DNA from: a bacterium | GTDB taxonomy: Bacteria; RBG-13-61-14; DATKZS01 | Reading direction: 5' to 3' | Assembly: GCA_046484135.1 (NCBI GenBank) | Contig: JAWOBU010000209.1 | Location: forward strand, 1 to 22,683 | Length of the DNA stretch: 22,683 nt | Part shown: positions 6,349-15,437 of the stretch, one piece after another | Numbering within the stretch: position 1 is the first letter of the stretch | Layout of the letters: each line of letters opens with the position of its first letter | The notes under the pieces: model-generated | Database searches by the model: none | What the model was told of the DNA's origin: nothing | What the model saw: only the letters and a program-made list of their open reading frames with translations | Made by a program: the position numbers and the translations under genes

Positions 6349-9300
6349 TCAAGCTCCGCAACACTTCTTGTATTTCTTGCCGGAGCCGCAGGGGCAGGGC
6401 TCATTCCTTCCCACCTTGGGTGCTTCCCTTTTGAAGGTCTGGGGTTTCTCGTCCACCGGTTCGGCAGGTCCGCTCTCGCCGCTCGCGGAAGCTTCCATCT
6501 GTTTGCCTCTGCCGGCTCGCATGCCCCGGATGGCCCGGCGTTTTCTCTCCAGGGCCTCTTCTCTGGGGTCCAGCGGCTGGATGCGGAATATCCTGGTAAG
6601 GGCGTCTTCGTCCACCTGGTAGATGAGGTTCTCGAAAAGGTTGACCGCTTCGCGCTTGTACTCGACCAGCGGGTCTTTCTGTCCGTATCCGGAAAGTCCG
6701 ATGCCTTCCTTTAAGTGGTCCATGTCCAGGAGGTGGTCCTGCCACAATGAGTCAATGGAGTACAGGTAGATGTCCTTTTCCACCTGGTTCATGATCTCCG
6801 CGCCTATCTTCTCCCTCTTGTCGTGGTAGTTTTTCTTGGCTTCCTCGGCAATGTTGTTCACTATGTCGTCGGGATGGGTGGACTCCATCTTCTCGGGGTC
6901 CAGCTCGGGCGCGATGCCGAACACCTGGATCACCCGCATGAAAAGCCCCTGCCAGTCCCACTCATCCTCGGGCCTCTTCTCGTCTCCGAAGCTGTAAACT
7001 ATATCTTCCGCCAGACGGTCTATGGAGTTCTCCACCTTGTCCTGGATGCTTTCCGCACGCATGATCTCTCGCCGGAGCTTGTAGATGACCTCCCGCTGCT
7101 TGTTCATTACGTCGTCGTAATCTATGAGCCGCTTGCGGATTTCAAAGTTGTGTTGTTCCACCTTGGACTGGGCCCGCTCGATGGACCGGGTGACCAGTGA
7201 ATGGGTAATGGGCTCGTTGTCCTCGACCCCGATGCGGTTCATGATCTTGGCCAGGGAGTCCGAGCCAAAGATACGCATGAGGTCGTCTTCCAATGAAAGA
7301 TAAAACTGCGAGCTGCCCGGGTCCCCCTGCCGACCGGCGCGGCCGCGGAGCTGGTTGTCTACCCGTCGGCTCTCATGCCTTTCCGTGCCAATGATGTGCA
7401 GGCCGCCGGCGTCCACCACCTCCTGGTGCTCCTTCTCCCACGCCGAGTTGAACTTCGAGTAAAGCTCCTGGAACTTGTCCTCGTCCCCGTGGGCTGCGGT
7501 CTTGGCCATCATCTCCGGGTTACCACCCAGGATGATGTCGGTGCCGCGGCCCGCCATGTTGGTCGAGATGGTTACAGCGCCTTTCCTGCCCGCCTGCGCT
7601 ATGATCTCGGCCTCCCGCTCGTGGTGCTTGGCGTTCAGGATGTTGTGCCGGATGCCCCGGTTCTTAAGAAGCCGATGAAGCCGCTCCGACTTTTCCACCG
7701 AAGTCGTGCCCACCAGGATGGGTCTGCCCTGGTTATGCACCTCTTCGATCTCGTTTACCACCGCGGAGAACTTCTGCTTCTCCGTCTTGTAGATCACGTC
7801 GCCGTGGTCTTCACGGATCATGGGCATATTGGTCGGGATGACCACCACCTCTAATTTGTAAATCTTGTGGAACTCCTCCGCTTCCGTGTCCGCGGTGCCG
7901 GTCATGCCCGCCAGCTTTTGATACATCCGGAAGTAGTTCTGCAAAGTGATGGTGGCGATGGTCTGGGTGGCCTTGGCAATGGAGACCCCTTCCTTGGCCT
8001 CGAGCGCCTGGTGAAGACCGTCCGAAAAACGGCGGCCTTCCATCTTCCGGCCCGTGAACTCGTCAACGATCACCACCCGGCCGTCCTCCACCACGTACTC
8101 GTCGTCAACCTCGAACATGTTGTAGGCCTTCAATAGCTGGGTGATGGTATGGAGCTTCTCGCTCTTCTGCTGATAGTCCTGGTGAAGGGCGGCCAGCTTT
8201 TCCGACTTCTCTTCCTGGTCCGCGGTCTCGTTATTGATCCGTTCCTCTTCAGTGGACAGCTCGGGCAACAGGAACACGTCTCCGATCATGTTACGGAGCT
8301 CCTCCTGCCCCTCCTCGGTCAGGTCTATGGCGTTCTCTTCTTCGGACAAGGCGTAGAGCAGGCCTTTTTTCAGCTCGTGGGTGCTCTTGTTGATCCGGAG
8401 CTGGTTGTGGACCCTCTGCATGTTCTTCTTGGTCTCTTTGTCCTCCGTCATGAGCTTGAACAGCTCCCGGTTTTTCGGGTCCCCCTGCTGCACCTGGAGC
8501 AGCTTGAAGTAGTAGTCCTCCCCCTCGTTGCCTTCCCGCCTCATGCGCTGCGTTTCCTGGAAGATGCTTTTTACCACCTGCTTCTGCTTTTTCACCAGCC
8601 GCTCGACCGCGGGCCGGAGCTCGTTGTAGATCGCGGTATCGTCCCGGTCCACCTCACCGGAGATGATCAGGGGGGTCCGCGCTTCGTCTATCAGGATCGA
8701 GTCCACCTCGTCCACGATAGCGAAGTAAAGCGGGTCCGGCTGGACCATGTCCTCCGTACGGATTTTCAGGTTGTCCCGAAGATAGTCGAACCCGAACTCC
8801 GAGTTGGTTCCGTAGGTGATGTCGCAGTTGTAGGACTGTTTACGCTCTTCGTCCGGCATCTGGTTCTGAAGCGCGCCCGCGGTAAGTCCCAGCATGTTGT
8901 AGACCGGCGACATCCAGTCGGCGTCGCGCCGGGCCAGGTAGTCGTTCACGGTGATAACGTGGGCCCCCCGTCCGAGCAGCGCATTCAACACCAGGGGGCA
9001 GGTGGAAGCCAGGGTCTTTCCTTCACCGGTCTTCATCTCCGCGATTTTTCCCTGGTGGAGGACCATCCCGCCGATGAGCTGAACGTCGAAGTGCCGCTGG
9101 TCCAGGGTACGCTTGGCAGCTTCCCGGGTGGCTGCGAACACGTGAGGAAGGAGCTCTTCCTTCCGGGACTCGAACTCCTTCCAGTCGTCCTCGGTAAATT
9201 CATCTCCGTTGTTCTTGACCTCTTCCCACTCCATGCCGAAGATGTGCTTTCTCCACTTGCCGGCAAGCTCCTGGAGCTGTTCGTTGGTCATGGACTCGTA

Positions 9301-9417
9301 TTCCGGCTCCAGGTTGTTGATCTCCTCCACCACCGGGTAGTAAGGCTTCAACACCCGCTCGTTCTTGGACCCGAACAGCTTTATTCCAATCCTGGATAAT
9401 GTGTTAATTACGGACAT
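6349..9417 (-). CDS. secA: Preprotein translocase ATPase SecA
   Basis: Motifs [63 protein letters not shown] and C-terminal SEC-C zinc motif [13 protein letters not shown]. Confidence 0.99.
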   Translation of the reverse strand: MSVINTLSRIGIKLFGSKNERVLKPYYPVVEEINNLEPEYESMTNEQLQELAGKWRKHIFGMEWEEVKNNGDEFTEDDWKEFESRKEELLPHVFAATREAAKRTLDQRHFDVQLIGGMVLHQGKIAEMKTGEGKTLASTCPLVLNALLGRGAHVITVNDYLARRDADWMSPVYNMLGLTAGALQNQMPDEERKQSYNCDITYGTNSEFGFDYLRDNLKIRTEDMVQPDPLYFAIVDEVDSILIDEARTPLIISGEVDRDDTAIYNELRPAVERLVKKQKQVVKSIFQETQRMRREGNEGEDYYFKLLQVQQGDPKNRELFKLMTEDKETKKNMQRVHNQLRINKSTHELKKGLLYALSEEENAIDLTEEGQEELRNMIGDVFLLPELSTEEERINNETADQEEKSEKLAALHQDYQQKSEKLHTITQLLKAYNMFEVDDEYVVEDGRVVIVDEFTGRKMEGRRFSDGLHQALEAKEGVSIAKATQTIATITLQNYFRMYQKLAGMTGTADTEAEEFHKIYKLEVVVIPTNMPMIREDHGDVIYKTEKQKFSAVVNEIEEVHNQGRPILVGTTSVEKSERLHRLLKNRGIRHNILNAKHHEREAEIIAQAGRKGAVTISTNMAGRGTDIILGGNPEMMAKTAAHGDEDKFQELYSKFNSAWEKEHQEVVDAGGLHIIGTERHESRRVDNQLRGRAGRQGDPGSSQFYLSLEDDLMRIFGSDSLAKIMNRIGVEDNEPITHSLVTRSIERAQSKVEQHNFEIRKRLIDYDDVMNKQREVIYKLRREIMRAESIQDKVENSIDRLAEDIVYSFGDEKRPEDEWDWQGLFMRVIQVFGIAPELDPEKMESTHPDDIVNNIAEEAKKNYHDKREKIGAEIMNQVEKDIYLYSIDSLWQDHLLDMDHLKEGIGLSGYGQKDPLVEYKREAVNLFENLIYQVDEDALTRIFRIQPLDPREEALERKRRAIRGMRAGRGKQMEASASGESGPAEPVDEKPQTFKREAPKVGRNEPCPCGSGKKYKKCCGA

Positions 9418-9605
9418 TGCCGTGCATCAACTCCTTATTTTTTCTAGGTCTTGTCATTATTAGTATAAAGAAGCCGAGGGCGGGTTTCAAGGCCGCACTT
9501 CCGCCTGAGCAAAAATTACAAGAAAGCAAAACCGGGGCTTGAAAAAGGCGACAAAAAACCTTTTAAAATTCCGGTTCATTCAGGGGCGTAGAGGGTCCTT
9601 GCCGG

Positions 9606-10436
9606 CTATGACCCGGCTTCCCCGGCTCCTTCCTCCGCCGGCTTTTTGGTGGAAGGCCCGAATATCCATGCCACCAGCACGGACAGCTCGTAAAGCAGGA
9701 CCATGGGCACCACCAGGAACATCTGGGAGACCACGTCCGGGGGCGTGAAAAAGGCCCCCAAAATGACAATGATAAGGAGGGCGTACTTGCGGTTCTTGCG
9801 CAGAAACCGGGCGCTCAGGATACGGAGCCTGGCCAGCACGAACACGACCAGCGGCATCTCGAACACGACCCCGAAGGCGATGATGAGCATCATGACGAAG
9901 GTGAACAGCTCGGAGTACTTGGGGTTGAACTCCACGTTCTCGGGCCTGGCAAACCCGGTAAAGAACTCGGAGACCACCGGGAAGACCACCAGGAAGAAGA
10001 AGGCCGCTCCTCCCACAAAGAACAGGGTGGAGGAGAGGATAAGCGGTCCCATGTAGATTTTTTCTTTTTTATAAAGACCGGGGGCCACGAAAGCCCAGAA
10101 CTGGTAGAAGATCATGGGCAGGGACACAAACAGGGCGGCAAGAGCGGCTATCTTGAGCTGGAAGAAGAACCCTTCCGCCATGTGGGTGTACTGTATTTTG
10201 CCGAATCCTTCCAGGGCCCCTTCCAGCGGCTTGGTAAAGTTGTGGGACACGGTTTCCTTGATGGGAGACGCATAGATGACCACGAACACCGCGGCAAAGG
10301 TTATGAAGCTGACGATGATCCGGTAGCGGAGCTCCTCCAGGTGCTCGATAAAGCTCATCTTCGGACCGAGCTCTTTCTCCCGGTCCGACTTCTCCTCTTC
10401 CTGCTTGCCGGGGGCCTCTTTGTCTTCAGCGCTCAT
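9606..10436 (-). CDS. tatC: Twin-arginine translocase subunit TatC
   Basis: Motifs MSFIEHLEELR.R, YQFWAFVAPGLY, FG..FEMP and TPPD..SQ, with multiple TM segments. Confidence 0.97.
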   Translation of the reverse strand: MSAEDKEAPGKQEEEKSDREKELGPKMSFIEHLEELRYRIIVSFITFAAVFVVIYASPIKETVSHNFTKPLEGALEGFGKIQYTHMAEGFFFQLKIAALAALFVSLPMIFYQFWAFVAPGLYKKEKIYMGPLILSSTLFFVGGAAFFFLVVFPVVSEFFTGFARPENVEFNPKYSELFTFVMMLIIAFGVVFEMPLVVFVLARLRILSARFLRKNRKYALLIIVILGAFFTPPDVVSQMFLVVPMVLLYELSVLVAWIFGPSTKKPAEEGAGEAGS

Positions 10437-10866
10437 CCGAGCTTTCTCCCCCGTCTTCTACTTTTTCGCCGGCGCTCGGCCGGGAATGCTCCGGTTCAGA
10501 GGAAGTCTCTTCCGGAGCGGCAAGGGAGGAGTTCGTCTCCTGTTCGCTCTCTGTCTGCGGGTCGCCTGCGGGTGGGGGAACCTGTTCGGTTTTTCCGCTC
10601 CCTGACTCGTCCTTCTTTTTGGTCCGCAGTCGGGGAGGCACCGCCGGGGGAGTGAAGTTGTCCTTGGTGTCGTCAATAGTGTCCTGGATGGAGCGGAACT
10701 CGTCGCTGTAGAGTATCTCGTTTCTGAGTTCGTCCGAAGCCCTTCTAAGCTGTCCCATGAGCTTGCCCGCGTTCCGGAGCAGCTCGGGCAGTCTTCTGGG
10801 CCCGACCACCACCAGGGCGATGATCAGGATGAGCAATATTTCCACGTATCCGAGTCCCAGGTTCAT
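10426..10866 (-). CDS. tatB: Twin-arginine translocase subunit TatB (TatA/B family)
   Basis: EILLILIIALVVVGPRRLPE followed by an amphipathic helix and an acidic disordered tail. Overlaps the tatC start. Confidence 0.9.
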   Translation of the reverse strand: MNLGLGYVEILLILIIALVVVGPRRLPELLRNAGKLMGQLRRASDELRNEILYSDEFRSIQDTIDDTKDNFTPPAVPPRLRTKKKDESGSGKTEQVPPPAGDPQTESEQETNSSLAAPEETSSEPEHSRPSAGEKVEDGGESSDER

Positions 10867-11025
10867 CAAAGCTAATAGTAACTTTGGCCGGGTAAGGTGT
10901 CAAGCGAGCGGGAAAGCCGGAAAGGTGAAGTTTTGCCGCATTTCCGAAGTTTGAAAGACAGGGGAAGTTCACTTCTTTTTTATCTTGATTTTCCCCTCAC
11001 TTACGATTACCCTATTAATACTTAT

Positions 11026-11075
11026 CGGGAGTGCGTGAAAAAGGCCCTGGTAAGGCTTTTTTTTGTGCGTGCCCG
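11026..11075 (+). promoter_or_regulatory. Stem-loop with U-tract in the thrS leader
   Basis: AAAAAGGCC...GGCTTTTTTTT core, extendable through the GTGCGT copies and CGGG/CCCG, immediately upstream of SD GGAGG (11078-11082). Confidence 0.45.
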
Positions 11076-11096
11076 AGGGAGGCGGGACTTTTTATT

Positions 11097-13031
11097 ATGT
11101 TGCATTTGAGATTACCGGACGGTGAGTCGCTCGAGGTCGAGGAGGGCTTGAGCGCGGGCGAGGTTGTGGGCCGGATCAGCGAGGGGCTGGCCCGGCAGGC
11201 GGTAGCGGTGCGTGTTAACGGGGACATTCTTGATCTCACCCGGCCGGTGACCATGGAGGGGGACTTCACCGTGGTCCGGGCCAAGGACCCGGAGGGCGAG
11301 GAGGTGCTCCGCCACAGCGCTGCGCACGTGATGGCTGACGCGGTGAAGAAGCTTTTTCCCGAGGCCAAGGTGACCATCGGCCCGGCCATTGAAAAAGGGT
11401 TTTACTACGACTTTGACTACCCCCCCGGTTTCACGCCCGACGACCTTCCAAAGATCGAAGAAAAGATGGGCGAGATCATCAAGGCCGCCCATCCGTTCGT
11501 GCGGGAGGAGGTACCGCGGGAGAAAGCGCTCGAGCTTTTCCGGGACATGAACGAGACCTACAAGGTCGAGCTTATCGAGGACCTTCCGGAAGGAGAGATC
11601 ATCAGCCTCTACCGGCACGGCGAGTTCGTGGACCTCTGCCGGGGCCCGCACGTGCCGGACACCAGCTACATCAAGGCGTACCAGCTCACCCGGGTGGCGG
11701 GAGCTTACTGGCGGGGCGACGAGAGGAACCCCATGCTCCAGCGGATTTACGGGGCTGCCTTCCCGGACAAAAAGGAGCTCAAGGAGTACCTGAAGTGGCT
11801 GGAAGAGGCCAAGCGCCGGGACCACCGCAAGCTGGGCCGCGAGCTCGATCTTTTCAGCGTGCACGAGGAGGTGGGCCCGGGTTTCGTGATCTATCACCCC
11901 AACCTTGGTCTCATCCGTTCGCTCTTGGAGGAGTTCGAGAGAAAGGAGCACTTGAAAAGGGGCTACAAGGTTATTTACGGTCCCACGCTCCTTAAGTCCG
12001 AGCTGTGGAAGAAGTCGGGCCATTACGAGCACTACAAGGAGAACATGTACTTTACCGAGGTCGAGGGAGTCGAGTACGGGATCAAGCCCATGAACTGCCT
12101 CTCTCACATGCTGGTGTACAAAAGCAAAGTGAGGTCCTACCGGGACCTGCCGATCCGGTACTTCGAACTCGGGAACGTGCACCGGCACGAAAAGTCGGGC
12201 GTGCTCTCGGGCCTGTTCCGCGTGCGGGCTTTTACGCAGGACGACGCGCATATCCTTTGCACTCCCGACCAGCTTCAGTCCGAGGTCCTGGGGGTCATGG
12301 ATTTTGTGCTGGACGTAATGGACGTGTTCGGCTTCGAGGTCGAGATGGAGCTTTCCACCCGTCCCAAGGACTCGATGGGCACGGACGCGGACTGGGACCG
12401 GGCCACCAACGCGCTTACCCGGGCGCTGGACGCTTCCGGCTACTCGTACGACATCTGCGAAGGGGAGGGCGCATTTTACGGCCCCAAGATAGACATCAAG
12501 CTAAAGGACGCACTTGACAGAAAATGGCAATGTGCTACAATACAATGCGATTTCACGATGCCGGAACGTTTTGATTTGACTTATGTTGGCGAGGACGGTG
12601 ACCGGCATCGGCCGGCTATGATCCACCGCGTTCTCCTGGGCTCGATTGAGAGGTTTCTGGGAGTGCTCATCGAACATTTTGCCGGAGCTTTTCCGGTTTG
12701 GCTCGCTCCAGTGCAGGCCCGGGTTCTTCCTATCACCGACCGGCAGCGACCGCATGCGCAAAGCGTGCTGGAAAGGCTTATAGATTCCGGCATGCGGGCG
12801 GAGCTGGATGACCGGAATGAGAAGCTCAACAAGAAGATTCGGGAAGGCGAGGTGGAGAAGGTCCCCTACATGTTAGTGGTGGGGGACAAAGAGGTTGAGA
12901 AGGACGGTGTTTCACCGCGCACCCGTGGAGGAGAGGACTTAAAGCTCATGAAGCTCTCCGATTTTCTGGAAAGGGTGGCCGGAGAGATAGCGCTTCCGCG
13001 TCTGTCTCGGAGTGGTCGAACAGATGCTTAA
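11097..13031 (+). CDS. thrS: Threonine--tRNA ligase
   Basis: TGS domain, editing-domain motifs HSAAHVMA and DLCRGPH, plus [16 protein letters not shown] and [13 protein letters not shown] 11097 preferred over the ORF-track GTG 11031. Confidence 0.99.
   Translation: MLHLRLPDGESLEVEEGLSAGEVVGRISEGLARQAVAVRVNGDILDLTRPVTMEGDFTVVRAKDPEGEEVLRHSAAHVMADAVKKLFPEAKVTIGPAIEKGFYYDFDYPPGFTPDDLPKIEEKMGEIIKAAHPFVREEVPREKALELFRDMNETYKVELIEDLPEGEIISLYRHGEFVDLCRGPHVPDTSYIKAYQLTRVAGAYWRGDERNPMLQRIYGAAFPDKKELKEYLKWLEEAKRRDHRKLGRELDLFSVHEEVGPGFVIYHPNLGLIRSLLEEFERKEHLKRGYKVIYGPTLLKSELWKKSGHYEHYKENMYFTEVEGVEYGIKPMNCLSHMLVYKSKVRSYRDLPIRYFELGNVHRHEKSGVLSGLFRVRAFTQDDAHILCTPDQLQSEVLGVMDFVLDVMDVFGFEVEMELSTRPKDSMGTDADWDRATNALTRALDASGYSYDICEGEGAFYGPKIDIKLKDALDRKWQCATIQCDFTMPERFDLTYVGEDGDRHRPAMIHRVLLGSIERFLGVLIEHFAGAFPVWLAPVQARVLPITDRQRPHAQSVLERLIDSGMRAELDDRNEKLNKKIREGEVEKVPYMLVVGDKEVEKDGVSPRTRGGEDLKLMKLSDFLERVAGEIALPRLSRSGRTDA
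12514..12541 (+). promoter_or_regulatory. Internal promoter within thrS, probably for infC
   Basis: TTGACA, 16 bp, TACAAT with an extended -10 TG, in a locally AT-rich patch of otherwise GC3-rich codons. Confidence 0.65.
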
Positions 13032-13079
13032 AATTTTGTGCGGTTCTTGCAAGGAATCATTGGCAAAGGAGGTCAGGTC

Positions 13080-13697
13080 ATAGCACAACAGGATTTTTCG
13101 GTTAACGAAAGGATTCGGGCTTCGCGGGTGTTGGTGATTGACGACGAAGGCAACAAGCTGGGGGTGATGATGACCAGGGACGCGATTTCCCTGGCGAAAG
13201 ATAAAGGGCTGGACCTGGTCGAGGTCGCTCCCAAGGCTGACCCGCCGGTTACAAGGGTGCTGGACTACGGCAAGTACCTTTACGACCAGAAGAAGAAGCA
13301 AAGGGACTCGAAAAAGAAGCAGGCCCAGCAGCAGTTGAAGGAGATCAAGCTCCGGACCAAGACCGAAGACCACGACCTCTATACCAAGCTGAAAAAGGCC
13401 AAGGAGTTCCTGGAGAAAGGCGACCGGGTCAAAATCCGCATCATGTATCGCGGAAGGGAGATGGCCCACCCCGAGCTCGGCAAAGACGTACTGGAGCGGG
13501 TTGTTAATGAGCTGGAGCCCTTCGGGGAGCCCATGGAGAAAGCCACCATGCAGGGCAGGAACCTGATAACCGTGATCGCGCCTTACTCCAAGTCCCAGCT
13601 CAAGAAAAGAGAAAAAGAGCAACAAAGGCAAAAGGAAGAACAAGAGCGGACCGAACAGGAAGAAGAAGAGGACCGGGAACAAAACGCGTCAACATAA
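13080..13697 (+). CDS. infC: Translation initiation factor IF-3, non-AUG (ATA) start
   Basis: Motifs NERIRA, GLDLVEVAP.A.PPV, DYGKYLY and GDRVK..I..RGRE. SD AAAGGAGGT ends 6 nt before ATA at 13080. Confidence 0.95.
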   Translation: MAQQDFSVNERIRASRVLVIDDEGNKLGVMMTRDAISLAKDKGLDLVEVAPKADPPVTRVLDYGKYLYDQKKKQRDSKKKQAQQQLKEIKLRTKTEDHDLYTKLKKAKEFLEKGDRVKIRIMYRGREMAHPELGKDVLERVVNELEPFGEPMEKATMQGRNLITVIAPYSKSQLKKREKEQQRQKEEQERTEQEEEEDREQNAST

Positions 13698-13709
13698 AGG
13701 AGTGGGAAG

Positions 13710-13907
13710 TTGCCCAAGGTTAAAAGTCACAGCGGTGCTAAAAAAAGATTCTCCAGGACCGGCTCGGGAAAGATCAAGCGGGCCCGTGCCTACAAGAGCC
13801 ATATCCTGACCAAGAAGTCCAGGGAGAGAAAAAGGCGTCTCCGGCAGTCAACCACAGTGACCGCCAACAACGCCCGGCAGATAAGGACCCTGATACCGTA
13901 CAAGTGA
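13710..13907 (+). CDS. rpmI: 50S ribosomal protein L35
   Basis: [18 protein letters not shown] and HILTKK. TTG start after AAGGAG. Confidence 0.97.
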   Translation: MPKVKSHSGAKKRFSRTGSGKIKRARAYKSHILTKKSRERKRRLRQSTTVTANNARQIRTLIPYK

Positions 13908-13948
13908 GGCCGGGTAAAAGAGCCTGGTTAAACTGTAAAGATAATATA

Positions 13949-13994
13949 AAAAAAGGGCCGCGGAACTCTCCGGAGAAATGCCCGGCCCTTTTTT
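13949..13994. terminator. Terminator-like hairpin between rpmI and rplT
   Basis: Perfect 12-bp stem AAAAAAGGGCCG/CGGCCCTTTTTT with A/T tracts on both sides. Confidence 0.55.
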
Positions 13995-14021
13995 CCATTA
14001 GTAAAGGCGAGGTGTATAAAA

Positions 14022-14378
14022 ATGTCGAGAGCAAGGAACGCGGCAGCGAAAAGAAAACGCCGGAAAAAGACCCTGGAGATGGCCAAGGGCTACCGGGGAA
14101 TGAGGAGCAACTCCTTTCGCCGGGCCAATGAAAACGTGGAGCGGGCCCTGAACTACGCCTACCGCGACCGGAGGACCAGAAAGAGAGATTTCAGAAGACT
14201 CTGGATTACAAGGATCAATGCCGCGGCCCGACAGAACGGAATGACCTATTCGGCCTTGATGAGCGGGCTCAGCAAAGCAGATGTCCGGATTGACCGCAAG
14301 GTGCTGGCGGACCTGGCCGTGCACGATCCGGAAGGGTTCAAATCAATCGCTGAAAAAGCGCAGGCCGCGCTCTCGTGA
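14022..14378 (+). CDS. rplT: 50S ribosomal protein L20
   Basis: Motifs AKGYRG, YAYRDRR..KRDFR.LWI.RINAAAR and DRKVLADLA. Confidence 0.98.
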   Translation: MSRARNAAAKRKRRKKTLEMAKGYRGMRSNSFRRANENVERALNYAYRDRRTRKRDFRRLWITRINAAARQNGMTYSALMSGLSKADVRIDRKVLADLAVHDPEGFKSIAEKAQAALS

Positions 14379-14386
14379 GGTCCTAA

Positions 14387-15403
14387 GTGGAAGACCAACT
14401 GCTGGCCCTGGAGGAGGAAGCGGGAAAAGCGGTTGAAAGGGCGCGGGACCTGGAGACTCTCAATCAGGTCCGGGTCGAGTACCTGGGCAGGAAAGGCAAG
14501 CTCACCGGGCTGCTTGCCCAGTTGCCCGAGCTCTCCGCGGAGGAAAGGCCCAGGATCGGCAAGCTGGGCAACTCCATCAAGCAAAACCTCCAGGAAAAGA
14601 TCAAGGCCACTGAAGAAAGGATAAAACAACAAGAGCTCGCAGCCGGCCTGGAAAAAGAGAGTATAGACGTGACCCTGCCGGGCTGGGGATTGCCGGCCGG
14701 GTCCATCCATCCCGTCTCCAGCGTGCTCGAAGACATGGTGGACATCTTCTCCGGCATGGGGTTTTGGGTGGAAGAAGGCCCGGACATCGAGACCGACTAC
14801 AACAATTTCGAGGCCCTGAACATCGGCAAGGACCATCCCGCCCGCGACATGCAGGACACCTTTTACCTGAGCGAAGACGTGGTCCTCCGGACCCATACCT
14901 CGCCCGTCCAGGTCCGCACCATGCAGAAGTACCCTCCGCCAGTAAGAATCATCTGCCCCGGAAGGGTCTACCGGTGCGACTCCGACCTGTCCCACTCTCC
15001 CATGTTCCACCAGGTGGAAGGGCTCATGGTGGACAGGGGAATATCCTTCGGACACCTGAAAGGCGTGCTCATGGCTTTCCTCCAGGAGTTCTTCGGCCGC
15101 GAGGTGGGCGTCAGGTTCCGGCCCAGCTACTTCCCGTTTACCGAGCCCAGCGCCGAAGTAGACATCGAATGCGTGATGTGCAAAGGAGAAGGCTGCCCGG
15201 TCTGCAAGAAAACCGGCTGGCTGGAAATACTGGGCTCCGGAATGGTCCATCCCCAGGTGCTGAAAAACGTGGAGTACGACCCCGAAGAGTTCACCGGCTT
15301 CGCCTTCGGCTTCGGAGTGGAAAGACTGGCCATGTTAAGGTACAAGATTGACAGCATCCGGACCTTCTTCGACAACGACCTGCGCTTCTTAAGGCAGTTC
15401 TGA
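14387..15403 (+). CDS. pheS: Phenylalanine--tRNA ligase alpha subunit
   Basis: Motifs [40 protein letters not shown] and [13 protein letters not shown]. Confidence 0.99.
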   Translation: MEDQLLALEEEAGKAVERARDLETLNQVRVEYLGRKGKLTGLLAQLPELSAEERPRIGKLGNSIKQNLQEKIKATEERIKQQELAAGLEKESIDVTLPGWGLPAGSIHPVSSVLEDMVDIFSGMGFWVEEGPDIETDYNNFEALNIGKDHPARDMQDTFYLSEDVVLRTHTSPVQVRTMQKYPPPVRIICPGRVYRCDSDLSHSPMFHQVEGLMVDRGISFGHLKGVLMAFLQEFFGREVGVRFRPSYFPFTEPSAEVDIECVMCKGEGCPVCKKTGWLEILGSGMVHPQVLKNVEYDPEEFTGFAFGFGVERLAMLRYKIDSIRTFFDNDLRFLRQF

Positions 15404-15437
15404 CCCGGCCCGAAAAGACTTACCCGAGGTGTAAAAG

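Noticed and set aside
8149..9399. 416-aa plus-strand ORF antisense to secA, and similar long antisense ORFs at 3195-4046, 11112-12251, 14246-15250 and 17022-17891
   Set aside because: These are shadow frames of GC3-rich genes, with no recognisable motifs and complete overlap with confidently identified genes.
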